Part shown: in pieces, positions 1 through 9,747 of the stretch
Layout: each line of letters starts with the position of its first letter
Numbering within the stretch: position 1 is the stretch's first letter
DNA from: Gammaproteobacteria bacterium
Lineage (GTDB): Bacteria; Pseudomonadota; Gammaproteobacteria; UBA4575
Direction: 5' to 3'
Assembly (NCBI GenBank): GCA_965223115.1
Contig: OZ244982.1
Span: forward strand, 378,577-442,576
DNA length: 64,000 bases
Made by a program: the position numbers and the translations under genes
The notes under the pieces: generated by a model
The model's database searches: none
What the model was told of the DNA's origin: nothing
Seen by the model: only the letters and a program-made list of their open reading frames with translations

Positions 1-2
1 CA

Positions 3-98
3 GTACAAGATTACAGTAGTAACGAATCTGCTTCGATGAGCTTAGGGGATATCTTAAAAGAGTCCATTGAAGAGAATAAAGAAAACTCTGCGGACTAA
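3..98 (+). CDS. 3' end of a CDS entering from the window edge (possibly ribosomal protein S1 by synteny only)
   Basis: Frame 3 is open from the edge to TAA at 96-98 (...SLGDILKESIEENKENSAD*). rpsA-ihfB is the common gammaproteobacterial order, but 31 aa is too short to identify the product. Confidence 0.3.
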   Translation, partial: VQDYSSNESASMSLGDILKESIEENKENSAD

Positions 99-122
99 AA
101 CAAATTCAATTAGGAGTATGTC

Positions 123-440
123 ATGAGTATAGATTTGGATGGCGGCATGATTACAAAGTCAGAACTAATTGAAAAAATCTCACTTAAACAAAATCATCTT
201 GCCCATAAAGATATAGAACTATCTATAAAAAGTATCATTGAACAAATGAGCACTTCTCTTGCACAAGGTGATCGCATAGAAATTAGAGGGTTTGGGAGTT
301 TTTCATTACATTTTCGTCCGCCTAGAATTGGCCGAAATCCTAAAACTGGAGATGCGGTTTCGTTGCCAGGCAAACATGTGCCTCATTTTAAACCAGGTAA
401 GGAACTACGTGAGCGGGTTAACCGGACTTTAACCGGCTAA
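123..440 (+). CDS. ihfB: Integration host factor beta subunit
   Basis: [50 protein letters not shown] is near-identical to the E. coli IhfB core. AGGAG at 112-116 supports ATG 123; ATG 147 is an alternative start. Confidence 0.95.
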   Translation: MSIDLDGGMITKSELIEKISLKQNHLAHKDIELSIKSIIEQMSTSLAQGDRIEIRGFGSFSLHFRPPRIGRNPKTGDAVSLPGKHVPHFKPGKELRERVNRTLTG

Positions 441-492
441 CTTTGTATTAAAAACACGAGTATTTATAGCGCTTAAATAGTATATATACTTG

Positions 493-786
493 ATGTTAAG
501 GTTCTTATTATTTCTTGCTTCACTTGCGTTCGTTTTTGTTATTTTTGTATTTTCTTTAGAAAATCTACAGCCAATCAGCATAAATTTTCTTACCAGTAAT
601 GTGCAAATGCCATTGAGTGTGGCGATTATTATTTGTTTTATATTAGGTGCATTGATAGGGATTTTGTTTAGCCTAAGTTTGGTACTAAAAAATAAAAGTC
701 GTGCGAAATCTTTAGCTAAAAAAGTTGCTGTGGCAGAACAAGAAGTTGCCAATTTGCGGCAATTGCCGATTAAGAGCTCTCACTAA
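493..786 (+). CDS. lapA: LPS assembly protein LapA (YciS, DUF1049 inner-membrane protein)
   Basis: Small protein with two transmembrane segments directly upstream of lapB with a 1-nt overlap (TAATG). The ORF opens at TTG 490, followed by ATG 493. Confidence 0.8.
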   Translation: MLRFLLFLASLAFVFVIFVFSLENLQPISINFLTSNVQMPLSVAIIICFILGALIGILFSLSLVLKNKSRAKSLAKKVAVAEQEVANLRQLPIKSSH

Positions 787-1943
787 TGCCAGAAATTTAT
801 TGGTTGCTACTGCTGTTGGCAGGGGCTGCTGGCTGGTATCTCGCATATATTTTTTATAAAAATAAATCTCAGCCTAAAATTCCTGGTGAATATCTAAAAG
901 GTTTAAATTATCTACTTAATGAACAGCCTGACAAGGCATTAGAGGTATTCATTGAATTGGTGGATGTTGATTCCGAAACAGTTGAAACGCATCTAGTTTT
1001 AGGCAATATGTTTCGTCGTAGAGGTGAAGTGGATAGAGCAATACGCATTCATCAAAACTTAATAGCAAGACCTGCATTAAATGCAACTTATAAATCAACT
1101 GCGTTATTAGAACTTGCAAAGGACTATCTTAAGGCTGGATTACTAGATCGTGCTGAATCTTTATTTAATGATGTAATTGATATCGGTTTGCAAACCGATG
1201 AGGCATATCCGTTATTGCTTGGTTTATATGAGCAAGAGAAAGAATGGCAAAAAGCAATTGAAACAACTAAAAAACTGGAAACAGTAAGTGATAAAAAAAA
1301 GAATGTCATTACAGCACATTATTACTGTGAGTTGAGCGAGTTGGCGTATAAGAAATCTGAGTCTGAAATTGCATCAGCTACCAAGTTGGCAAAAAAAGCA
1401 TTATCTCATGATAAAAGCTGTGCACGTGCAAGTGTTTTGTTAGGTAATTATGCAATGCATGAAGATAATTATAAAACAGCAATTAAGTTTTATAGAGCTG
1501 TTACAAAACAAAATCCAGAGTATATACCTGAAATATTCATGAAAATACGGGAAGCATTCATGCAACTTAATGACTATGAAGGCTTTAAGGAATTTTTATC
1601 TACAATAAAAAATACAGAGCTTAGTGGGATTTCACTTTCTATATTATTAACTAATCTTTCAGATAATGATGAAGAAAAAAAAATGATACTAGACTGGTTG
1701 TTGGAAAAGTCAGAGCTATCTTTGCTTGAAGTAAATGCATTTTTGAAAAATAAGCAAATGAAAAATGAATCGCTAAGTGATTTAGGTCTTGCTAAAGTGC
1801 AAAGTAGTGTTGAGAAGTTTATGCAAGGGCGTGCTTCGCACAAATGTAAACAATGTGGATTTCATGGTAAAGCATTGTACTGGCAGTGTCCAAGTTGTCA
1901 TTATTGGGGCACGGTGGTTCCAATTATGCCAAGTTTAAATTAA
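786..1943 (+). CDS. lapB: LPS assembly protein LapB (YciM): TPR repeats plus C-terminal rubredoxin-like zinc finger
   Basis: N-terminal transmembrane segment, TPR-like repeats, and the C-terminal CKQCGF...WQCPSCHYWG Cys4 motif typical of LapB. Context is lapA-lapB-pyrF. Confidence 0.9.
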   Translation: MPEIYWLLLLLAGAAGWYLAYIFYKNKSQPKIPGEYLKGLNYLLNEQPDKALEVFIELVDVDSETVETHLVLGNMFRRRGEVDRAIRIHQNLIARPALNATYKSTALLELAKDYLKAGLLDRAESLFNDVIDIGLQTDEAYPLLLGLYEQEKEWQKAIETTKKLETVSDKKKNVITAHYYCELSELAYKKSESEIASATKLAKKALSHDKSCARASVLLGNYAMHEDNYKTAIKFYRAVTKQNPEYIPEIFMKIREAFMQLNDYEGFKEFLSTIKNTELSGISLSILLTNLSDNDEEKKMILDWLLEKSELSLLEVNAFLKNKQMKNESLSDLGLAKVQSSVEKFMQGRASHKCKQCGFHGKALYWQCPSCHYWGTVVPIMPSLN

Positions 1944-1962
1944 TTTCTAATATAGAAAAAAG

Positions 1963-2670
1963 ATGACAGAAGATTCTCCAATAATAATCGCACTAGATTT
2001 TCCAAATGCAAAAGCTACCCATGCTTTTTTAGGCTCGATTAAAGGGCAAATGTGCAAGTTGAAAGTTGGGCTTGAATTATTTATCGCGGAAGGGCCGGCA
2101 TTTGTTGAACAGCTCGTAAATGATGGCCATCAGGTATTTTTGGACCTTAAGCTTCATGATATTCCCAACACTGTCGCATCGGCTTGCAAATCTGCATCGG
2201 GATTAGGTGTTTGGATGATGACACTACATGCTTCGGGTGGTAATTATATGTTACAGGCTGCATATGATGCGATCTGTATGCAAGGGCATAAAACAAAGCT
2301 GGTGGCTGTGACAATGTTGACTTCGATGGACCAACAACAACTTGGTTTGATGGGGGTTCAATTGTCTTCACAAGAGTACGTGTTACAACTAGCTAATACA
2401 GCATTACAGTCAAAAATGGATGGAGTTGTATGTTCTGTGCATGAAGCCAGTGCAATACGCAATGAATGGGGACGGCAGCCAATCGTTGTAACGCCTGGAA
2501 TTCGTTTATCTGATGACAGTAATAATGATCAAAGTCGTATAGCGAATCCGCAACAAGCGCGACATTCTGGTGCAAATTATATCGTTGTGGGGCGTCCTAT
2601 CACTCAGGCAAAAGATCCAATACTTGCTATTAATCAATATCGTACTAATTGGAACTCTAGTGCTACTTAA
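1963..2670 (+). CDS. pyrF: Orotidine-5'-phosphate decarboxylase
   Basis: IIALDF...DLKLHDIPNTV...VVGRPI motifs of OMP decarboxylase. Confidence 0.93.
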   Translation: MTEDSPIIIALDFPNAKATHAFLGSIKGQMCKLKVGLELFIAEGPAFVEQLVNDGHQVFLDLKLHDIPNTVASACKSASGLGVWMMTLHASGGNYMLQAAYDAICMQGHKTKLVAVTMLTSMDQQQLGLMGVQLSSQEYVLQLANTALQSKMDGVVCSVHEASAIRNEWGRQPIVVTPGIRLSDDSNNDQSRIANPQQARHSGANYIVVGRPITQAKDPILAINQYRTNWNSSAT

Positions 2671-2772
2671 TACCTCATCGAAGGAAATTATTTCTGTTAA
2701 CAGCTTTTAATTTGAGTTATTACTTATAAGATTTATAATTAACATTTAGTATCTGAATTGGTTGGGTGATTG

Positions 2773-3030
2773 ATGCTGCATAAATTTCTTATAGTTATAC
2801 TTTTACTGGTGTCCAGTGCTGTGTTTGCAGATCCTGTAAACATAAACACAGCAAGCGCGGAAGAACTGGCAGCTAATTTAATTGGTGTTGGACCAAAAAA
2901 GGCCATGGCTATTATTGAGTTTAGGGAGACTAACGGCCCTTTTTTTAGTCCAGAAGAGATAGTAAATGTTAAAGGTATTGGCCCAAAAACCTTAGAAAAG
3001 AATCAAAAAAACATCGTCGTCCGTGATTAG
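2773..3030 (+). CDS. ComEA-family helix-hairpin-helix DNA-binding protein (secreted)
   Basis: Signal peptide followed by INTASAEELA..GVGPKKA..II..R..NGPF....E.I..VKGIGPKTLEKN, the ComEA HhH signature. The ORF opens at TTG 2770. Confidence 0.8.
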   Translation: MLHKFLIVILLLVSSAVFADPVNINTASAEELAANLIGVGPKKAMAIIEFRETNGPFFSPEEIVNVKGIGPKTLEKNQKNIVVRD

Positions 3031-3162
3031 CTCATTATCTGTTAAACGTGCACACTAGGCTGATATACAGAGTGTTGCAAATAATTTTGCCATGTATATT
3101 ACTGTAACAATTTATTAATACACTAATAGACTCATACGTTAACCACTAAATCTTAATAAAAA

Positions 3163-4032
3163 ATGAAAAAAATTCGTAAAGCTGTATTTCCAGTAGCAGG
3201 CATGGGCACACGTTTTTTGCCAGCAACTAAAGCTAATCCAAAAGAAATGCTTGCCGTTGTGGATAAACCGTTAATTCAATATGCTGCCGAAGAAGCCGTA
3301 GCAGCTGGCATAGACACATTAATATTTATTACAGGCCGCAATAAGCGATCTATTGAAGATCATTTTGATAAGGCATATGAGTTAGAAAGTGAGCTCAAAT
3401 CAAGTGGTAAAGATACCATGTTGGGCATGGTGCAAAATGTGCTACCTGGAGAAGTAAATTGTATTTATATTCGACAATCAGAACCTCTAGGCTTGGGGCA
3501 TGCAGTATTGTGTGCCAAACCTGTTGTAGGTGATGAGCCTTTTGCAGTCATTCTTGCAGATGACCTTATTCACGATGATGATTCTGGTTGTCTCGCACAA
3601 ATGGTAGATGTGTACGAAAAACAAAACAGTGGTGTAGTTGGGGTACAAATCGTAGATCAACAGGATGTAAGAAGTTACGGAGTGATCGCAGGAGAAAAGG
3701 TTAGTGATGATTTATGGAATGTAGATACTTTTGTTGAAAAACCAGATCCTGAAGATGCGCCATCTAATGTAGCAGTGGTTGGAAGGTATATTCTAGAACC
3801 TTCAATTTTTGATATCTTGGAAAAAACTGGAAAAGGAGCAGGGGGCGAATATCAGTTGACTGATGCACTGGCGACACAAGCAAAAAATGAAAAATTAATG
3901 GCATATCAATTTAAAGGCAAGCGTTATGATTGTGGTAGTAAGCTAGGTTATCTTGAAGCTACTGTAGAATATGCACTAAGACACCCTAAAGTGGGTGAAA
4001 GTTTTAAACAGTATTTGGATTCTTTAAAATAA
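3163..4032 (+). CDS. galU: UTP--glucose-1-phosphate uridylyltransferase
   Basis: [35 protein letters not shown] and VEKP motifs typical of GalU. Confidence 0.93.
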   Translation: MKKIRKAVFPVAGMGTRFLPATKANPKEMLAVVDKPLIQYAAEEAVAAGIDTLIFITGRNKRSIEDHFDKAYELESELKSSGKDTMLGMVQNVLPGEVNCIYIRQSEPLGLGHAVLCAKPVVGDEPFAVILADDLIHDDDSGCLAQMVDVYEKQNSGVVGVQIVDQQDVRSYGVIAGEKVSDDLWNVDTFVEKPDPEDAPSNVAVVGRYILEPSIFDILEKTGKGAGGEYQLTDALATQAKNEKLMAYQFKGKRYDCGSKLGYLEATVEYALRHPKVGESFKQYLDSLK

Positions 4033-4083
4033 AGATACTTAGATTTGTTTAACTTATTTACTATGCAAATAACGAAAATTGGT

Positions 4084-5061
4084 TTACATGGCTGTGTTTG
4101 AATAAATGCAGCCATCAACGCTATCTAACCAGCTCATATACTTTTTTACTCCATTGTTTACACCTAAAAATGGTTGAGTGTAACCAGCATTACGTAGTTT
4201 CGTTATATCAGCTTCCGTAAAACTTTGGTAACGCCCGCTTAGTTTTTTGTCGAATGGAATATACTCAACCTCACCTTTACCATAATATTCAATTACTGCA
4301 TTTGCTACATCATTAAAAGTTTGGCTTTTGCCAGTCCCTAAATTAAAAATACCAGATATTTCTGGATGTCGTAAAAACCAAAGGTTTATTTTTACCGCAT
4401 CACCTACATAAATGAAATCACGTCTTTGGTCACCATTTGCATAGCCATTACTAGATTCAAATAGCTTTGCTTTTCCAGTTTTGAGAATTTGGTTGCGAAA
4501 CCGAAATGCGACACTCGCCATATAGCCTTTGTGTTGCTCACGTGGCCCATAGACATTGAAGTAGCGTAAACCAACAATTTGAGATTGTGCATTTTGAATT
4601 ATATTACGTACGTGATTATCAAATAAGCATTTAGATTCTGCATAAAGGTTTAGTGGTTTTTCAAATTCAGGATGCTCTATAAACTTATTGTTATCTCCAT
4701 ATACTGCTGCCGAGGATGCATATATAAAAGGGATTTTTCTTCGAACACAATATTGCAATAGTCTTACAGAGTATTCGTAATTATTTTTAAGCATATATTT
4801 ACGATTGGTTTCAGTCGTATCAGAACATGCCCCTAGATGAAATATTGCTTTTATTTCATTATTTGATTTTTCACAATTTGATAAAAATTCATGCAGTTCT
4901 TCTATAAGAAAAAATTTTTGAATTTTGCAGTCTGCTAAGTTTGGAATATTTGTTTCACTTGTGAAATTATCGACAGTGACTATATCATTAATTCCATTAT
5001 CATTGAGTGACTTAACTATATTGCTGCCAATAAATCCTGCTCCACCAGTAACTATATACAT
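4084..5061 (-). CDS. hldD: ADP-L-glycero-D-manno-heptose-6-epimerase
   Basis: Colinear with E. coli RfaD/HldD: IVTGGAGFIGSNIVK.LND.G, YASSAA.YG, FRYFNVYGPRE.HKG.MASVAF, GIFNLGTG, GRYQ.FT.AD. Confidence 0.95.
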   Translation of the reverse strand: MYIVTGGAGFIGSNIVKSLNDNGINDIVTVDNFTSETNIPNLADCKIQKFFLIEELHEFLSNCEKSNNEIKAIFHLGACSDTTETNRKYMLKNNYEYSVRLLQYCVRRKIPFIYASSAAVYGDNNKFIEHPEFEKPLNLYAESKCLFDNHVRNIIQNAQSQIVGLRYFNVYGPREQHKGYMASVAFRFRNQILKTGKAKLFESSNGYANGDQRRDFIYVGDAVKINLWFLRHPEISGIFNLGTGKSQTFNDVANAVIEYYGKGEVEYIPFDKKLSGRYQSFTEADITKLRNAGYTQPFLGVNNGVKKYMSWLDSVDGCIYSNTAM

Positions 5062-5086
5062 AATTTCAATCCATAAAATTTATTAG

Positions 5087-6127
5087 TTAGGCTAATTGTT
5101 TATCTAGCATAATCATGTCTAATTTTTTTTTAACTTCGTTGGTATGGATTAAATCCATTGCACCCAGACGTTCAATTTTTGTGCCCCACTTGAGTTCAGA
5201 AGCAGGCCTATGTAAAAATTTACGCGCTACTTCATCGTATTTGTTTATGCACCATGGTTCACTGAAATAAGGTCTTGCACGTGCAGGGTTTGTTGCGGCA
5301 TATAAACCAATCGCTGGTTTACGCATCGCGGTCGCCATATGCCCAGGGCCGGAATCAGGGCTTATGACTAATTTAGAGTTTCCGACTAGAGCTAGTAATT
5401 GTTTTAAATTTGTTTTACTAGCTAAATTTATTGCAGGCGTTTTCATTTTTTGTTGGATTTCAACAGCCATGTTTATCTCTTCTTTTTTATGACCACCTGT
5501 AATGATGGTTTGCATGCCATATTTACGATTTGCATAATCAGCAACTTCTGCATAACCAGGCGCATTCCAGCTGCGAATTAAATGGCTAGAGCAAGGGCTT
5601 AGAAGTAAAGTAGATTTGCCTTGGCAGATATTTTTTGCAAATTCATTATCCTCATCACTAATAGGAATATCCCACACTAGAGCTCGCTGATGTATTCCCA
5701 GTTCTTCGATAAAACTGAAAAAAGAATCCATTACATGCTGGTTGGCCGGTGATATTTGTTTGTTAACAAAAAAACGATGCAAGTCCTTTGATCTAGCGTT
5801 ATCGTAGCCTAGTCTAAGTTTTGCTTTTATTGCTAAACTGGCTATATGTGCGCGCAATGAATATTGCATCAGCATTAACACATCGAAATTTCTATTTTTA
5901 AGAGTATTGTAAAGCTCCTTTTGTGCATTCAGGCCTTTTGTTTTATCAAAAACGATAAACTCAATATCGGCTATATCACCAAGTAAAGAGTATTCTAATT
6001 TCCCAATAATCCACGTAATAGTCGTGTTGGGCCAATATTTTTGAATGGTACGTACGACTGGTAGTGCATGTAGCACATCGCCAACTGCAGAAAGTCGCAT
6101 AATGCAAATAGAACCTGGTGCTGACAT
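5087..6127 (-). CDS. Glycosyltransferase family 9 (LPS heptosyltransferase family)
   Basis: N-terminal I.I.RLSAVGDV.HALPV...I motif and C-terminal SPDSGPGHMA, characteristic of the WaaC/WaaF family. It lies next to hldD. The specific paralogue cannot be assigned. Confidence 0.85.
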   Translation of the reverse strand: MSAPGSICIMRLSAVGDVLHALPVVRTIQKYWPNTTITWIIGKLEYSLLGDIADIEFIVFDKTKGLNAQKELYNTLKNRNFDVLMLMQYSLRAHIASLAIKAKLRLGYDNARSKDLHRFFVNKQISPANQHVMDSFFSFIEELGIHQRALVWDIPISDEDNEFAKNICQGKSTLLLSPCSSHLIRSWNAPGYAEVADYANRKYGMQTIITGGHKKEEINMAVEIQQKMKTPAINLASKTNLKQLLALVGNSKLVISPDSGPGHMATAMRKPAIGLYAATNPARARPYFSEPWCINKYDEVARKFLHRPASELKWGTKIERLGAMDLIHTNEVKKKLDMIMLDKQLA

Positions 6128-6444
6128 GAAGTACCTAGAATGTATGCGAAATTTTTATAGTCATATTAAGCCAAGACTATTAATAGAGAGTAAGTCATTC
6201 GCATTTGTGCATGTAAAATTTATTAAGCTTAATTAAAAGAATTAACTATATTATGTTTGGTTTTGTTTATAATATTTTTGTCGTAGGAAATACTTTTTAA
6301 ATATACAAAATTATACTGCGTTTGCTAAAAGTTTTGTATAAATTGTAATAATAAGAAGGTTTTCTTTGTGAAAAACCATTTGATCGTAATTTCTTAACCG
6401 AAAACTAATGGAAGTAATTATCTAGGAGTAGATCTAGCATAGAA

Positions 6445-6481
6445 TAGTCACATGTCTAATAAGCAACTAGACATATGACTA
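6445..6481. repeat. Imperfect hairpin/inverted repeat TAGTCACATGTCTA-N9-TAGACATATGACTA (copy 1 of a 13-mer family)
   Basis: Read directly from the sequence. The 14-nt arms have one mismatch. It lies 3' of the GT39 gene in the 6128-6549 intergenic region and may act as that operon's terminator. Confidence 0.7.
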
Positions 6482-6549
6482 CTATATGAATATGTAGAAT
6501 GTTAATTAAAAAAGTTAATAAGCAAGATATTGATATTTGTGTTAATAAT

Positions 6550-8202
6550 TTATGAGCTGTTAATTAAATACCAATTTCGACGCTCATGGGTACCTATATG
6601 AATTGCATTGTAGGTGTTAAAACAGCATTCTAAAGAAGACTCTCTTATTAATAACCAGCGGTTATTTTTTTGTGTCAACCATTGCTTAGCTTCTTTTGCT
6701 TGTTTTTTAATAGGTTTGGAAAATCCAAAGTCCTTAATGCTACGGTCTGTGTACAGCATAAACGCTTCGCGCCAGGCTACAAAGCCTAGCTCTGCATCAT
6801 GTCCTATTATAGATACAGTTTTTTCTACAATATAACGTTCCGACTTGATTTTGTTGAGATTTGGGTAACCCCACCAGCCCATGAGGAACCAATAAGTCAT
6901 AACAAATACGAAAATGCCTATAGCAGAATTACGTTGTCGAGTTAACGCTGCAATTGATAAGCCGATTGTCCCTAAGACTGATATTAATATATATAAGTTA
7001 CTTACTTCATCACTAATATTTTTGCAATCGTAATTTGTGAAATTGCATGCCAGGGGCAAACAAATTAATAAAATTGAAAGTATGATTATTGCAACTAAAG
7101 GGATTAAATTAGCAAATAAAGATTTACGAAACTGTATTAAACCTGCGCTACAGGCAATGACGAAGCCAGGTAATGCTGGAAGTATATAAACACCTCTTTT
7201 CCCAGGCGATAGTGAAAAAAAGACTAAAACAAGCAATACCCAAGCAAGTAAGCTTAATGCTCTGCTGTCTTTATCTATATATTGTTTATACCAGCCAACA
7301 ATTAACCAGGGCAATAAAAGAATTAATGGCATCCAGAGCTGTAATGCTTGCGTAAATAAATACCAAGGTGGTCTTATATGGGTCCAAGAATTAAAATAAC
7401 GAACTTTGGTTTGATGGAAGAGGATATTATCTAGGTAATTGTTCAACTCTATATTACTTGTAAGATATGCATAAATAATAAGTGATCCAAGCCAAAAGCC
7501 TAAAGGGATAATTAAACACCCTGTCGCAAGTCCCCACTGTTGCCAAGTCACTGGTTTTCCTTGTACATATTTCCATTTGAATAACCGTGACAATACATAA
7601 GGTACAATAAATAATAATGGTAGAAAGCCAACACCCTTAGTGAGTGTACCAAGGCCCATAGAAAAAAAAGACAAATAGATCCAGCCTACAGTATGTTGTA
7701 AAAAAAATGTTCTTATTAATCCATACAGCGCTAATGTGGTAAAAAATGTTAGCACCATATCAATTTGAGCTGCTTTGGCCTGTAAACCGAACTGATATGT
7801 GCCTAACAAAGCAATTGCAGCAATGAAAGCCGTTTCTGTTGACCAAAGTTTTCGTGTTATGTCATATACCATGATTAGAACACTAATAGATGCAAGCAAT
7901 GAAGGTATCAGAAAAGCGATATTGATCGAGCCGAAGATTTTGTAAAAGACAGCAATGGCCCACATGAATAATGGTGGTTTATCTGCATATAGCTCAACGC
8001 CACGGTGGGGAACTAGCCAATTTCCGGTTTCAACCATCTGTTTTGCAATCATGGCAAATCGTGGTTCGTCGGGGGTCCACGGATCACGCAACCCTAACCC
8101 TGAACTAATTACAACTACTGCAAATATGATAAGCAGTGCGATTTGTATATTAGGGCTAGCAAGTCGGTGAGATATTGATCTCATCCAAGGATGTAAAAAC
8201 AA
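6550..8202 (-). CDS. ArnT-like glycosyltransferase family 39 (polyprenyl-phosphate-sugar dependent; lipid A/LPS or protein glycosyltransferase)
   Basis: Polytopic membrane protein with N-terminal D-E-P-R-F..IAK.M...G.W.VP....LY.DKPPL..W, which matches the ArnT/PMT DE..(R/Y) periplasmic-loop motif. Confidence 0.8.
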   Translation of the reverse strand: MFLHPWMRSISHRLASPNIQIALLIIFAVVVISSGLGLRDPWTPDEPRFAMIAKQMVETGNWLVPHRGVELYADKPPLFMWAIAVFYKIFGSINIAFLIPSLLASISVLIMVYDITRKLWSTETAFIAAIALLGTYQFGLQAKAAQIDMVLTFFTTLALYGLIRTFFLQHTVGWIYLSFFSMGLGTLTKGVGFLPLLFIVPYVLSRLFKWKYVQGKPVTWQQWGLATGCLIIPLGFWLGSLIIYAYLTSNIELNNYLDNILFHQTKVRYFNSWTHIRPPWYLFTQALQLWMPLILLLPWLIVGWYKQYIDKDSRALSLLAWVLLVLVFFSLSPGKRGVYILPALPGFVIACSAGLIQFRKSLFANLIPLVAIIILSILLICLPLACNFTNYDCKNISDEVSNLYILISVLGTIGLSIAALTRQRNSAIGIFVFVMTYWFLMGWWGYPNLNKIKSERYIVEKTVSIIGHDAELGFVAWREAFMLYTDRSIKDFGFSKPIKKQAKEAKQWLTQKNNRWLLIRESSLECCFNTYNAIHIGTHERRNWYLINSS

Positions 8203-8224
8203 TTTAGCAAAAACTGTGAAATAC

Positions 8225-8512
8225 TTATGTCGGAGCTCGTTCTTTAGTTACGCCATTTATAGAAATAAAGTATAAATTTCTTGCGTAAATAAATATGCCA
8301 GTAAGTTGTCCTAAGATGAATACTGGGTCCATTTTATGGATGGCATAAGCTAGCAAAACTATTCCACCAAAAATACTGAAATACCAAAAGGAAACAGGTA
8401 TTACACTTTGTTTTTTGCGTTCGCTAGTGAGCCATTGAATTAAAAATCGCATTGAAAATAATGTTTGACCGGAAAAACCTATAGCAAGCCAAAGTACTTC
8501 ATAATTTTCCAT
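8225..8512 (-). CDS. Lipid-A-disaccharide synthase N-terminal domain (LAB_N) small membrane protein
   Basis: GQ.LF..RF.IQW..SE.KK.SV.P..FW..S..GG..LL.YAI...DPVFILGQ matches the remembered LAB_N pattern. It abuts the GT2 stop codon (8512/8513). Confidence 0.7.
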   Translation of the reverse strand: MENYEVLWLAIGFSGQTLFSMRFLIQWLTSERKKQSVIPVSFWYFSIFGGIVLLAYAIHKMDPVFILGQLTGIFIYARNLYFISINGVTKERAPT

Positions 8513-9241
8513 TTATATTTTTTCCTCTAGGGGGCGCATAGTTCTTTTACGAAGCCAGTACACCCCAAATAAATCAATGACTCCGACATATAGCCGGTCT
8601 AATGTCCCATATTTTGAAAATCCTGCATTTCTATGACGATGATCTACAGCTACAAACTCTACATTTCCTCCCTGCATACTAAATAATGCGGGTAAGAAAC
8701 GATGCATATGATCAAACTGAGGTAGGGATAAGTAGGTTTGACGATGAAACAATTTGAGACCACATCCAGTATCTATGGCATCATCTTTAAGAATAGCTTT
8801 TCTTACTGTATTCGCAATGCGTGAACTTAATCTTTTAATAATTGAGTCCCGTCTTTTATTGCGAACCCCGGATATCAATAATGGAACGTCTTCATTTATT
8901 CGGTCACCTAAATGATTGAGCATAGAAATAATATCGGCTGGGTTATTTTGTCCATCTGCATCTAATGTAATTACCCATTTCGTCGTCGCATGCTTTATGC
9001 CAATACTGATTGCAGCACTTTGGCCATAGTTTTTATTCAATCTCAGTATTTCAAGAAGACACGGGTTTGTAGATGCCACGCTTTTTAGCTCATTAACGGT
9101 ATCATCTGTACTTCCATCATCTACAAAAATAATTACATAATCGCAGTAATTATTAAGGCTATTTTTAATTTCTGTAATCAATGGTCTAATGTTAGCTGCC
9201 TCATTAAATGTTGGCACAATAATCGAAATTTTCATGCACAT
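8513..9241 (-). CDS. Glycosyltransferase family 2, polyprenyl-phosphate glycosyltransferase (ArnC/GtrB/DPM1-like)
   Basis: ISIIVPTFNE...FVDDGSTD.T...DADGQN..DI motifs (DxD). The second ATG at 9235 has better SD spacing, so the start is uncertain by 6 nt. Confidence 0.85.
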   Translation of the reverse strand: MCMKISIIVPTFNEAANIRPLITEIKNSLNNYCDYVIIFVDDGSTDDTVNELKSVASTNPCLLEILRLNKNYGQSAAISIGIKHATTKWVITLDADGQNNPADIISMLNHLGDRINEDVPLLISGVRNKRRDSIIKRLSSRIANTVRKAILKDDAIDTGCGLKLFHRQTYLSLPQFDHMHRFLPALFSMQGGNVEFVAVDHRHRNAGFSKYGTLDRLYVGVIDLFGVYWLRKRTMRPLEEKI

Positions 9242-9460
9242 TGTTCCTGTATCTCTGCGATATCATTAAAACCCCATATATAAATAATTTGATTCAAGTT
9301 AGATTAGAAGTTTAATGAACATGTTTTCTGTTAAGACAAACGAATTGCTAATATAAATAGATGAGGTTCGTAACTGACACAAATGACTCAGTTATAATCT
9401 ATGAGCTACATATTAAAAAAGCCTGAGAAAAAGTGTAATTAAGTTATCTGTATACAGGTA

Positions 9461-9496
9461 TAGACATATGACTAGTAACGCTCAGTCATATGTCTA
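9461..9496. repeat. Perfect hairpin/inverted repeat TAGACATATGACT-N10-AGTCATATGTCTA (copy 2 of the same 13-mer family)
   Basis: Read directly from the sequence. The 13-nt arms are perfect. It lies 5' of the GT2 gene, and the 17-mer AGTCAYATGTCTAATAA is shared with 6446-6462. Confidence 0.75.
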
Positions 9497-9747
9497 ATAA
9501 CAGAATTTTATTCAATTATTCACAAACTTATACTTTGTATAGCATAATTTTAGTTAAGTTAATATTATGATCATATGAATTTTAAATTTAAAAAAATACG
9601 TTCAACGCAGTTGGAGTAATTATTGTAGCTCTAGAGTGGTCTATGTTCAGGCTTGAAAATTTATCCTTGGTACTTTCAGTTTAGGTAATTAGGATATGGG
9701 CTAATTTCATATAATAATTTGTAAGTTAAGCAATAAAATGTTTTTAA

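Noticed and set aside
6128-6549. Long AT-rich intergenic regions (also 9242-9747, 18729-19104, 19963-20509 and 28283-28540) as candidate sRNA or mobile-element remnants.
   Set aside because: I found no inverted terminal repeats, transposase or integrase fragments, or conserved RNA motifs by eye beyond the hairpins already reported. Transcriptomics or covariance searches would be needed to call anything.
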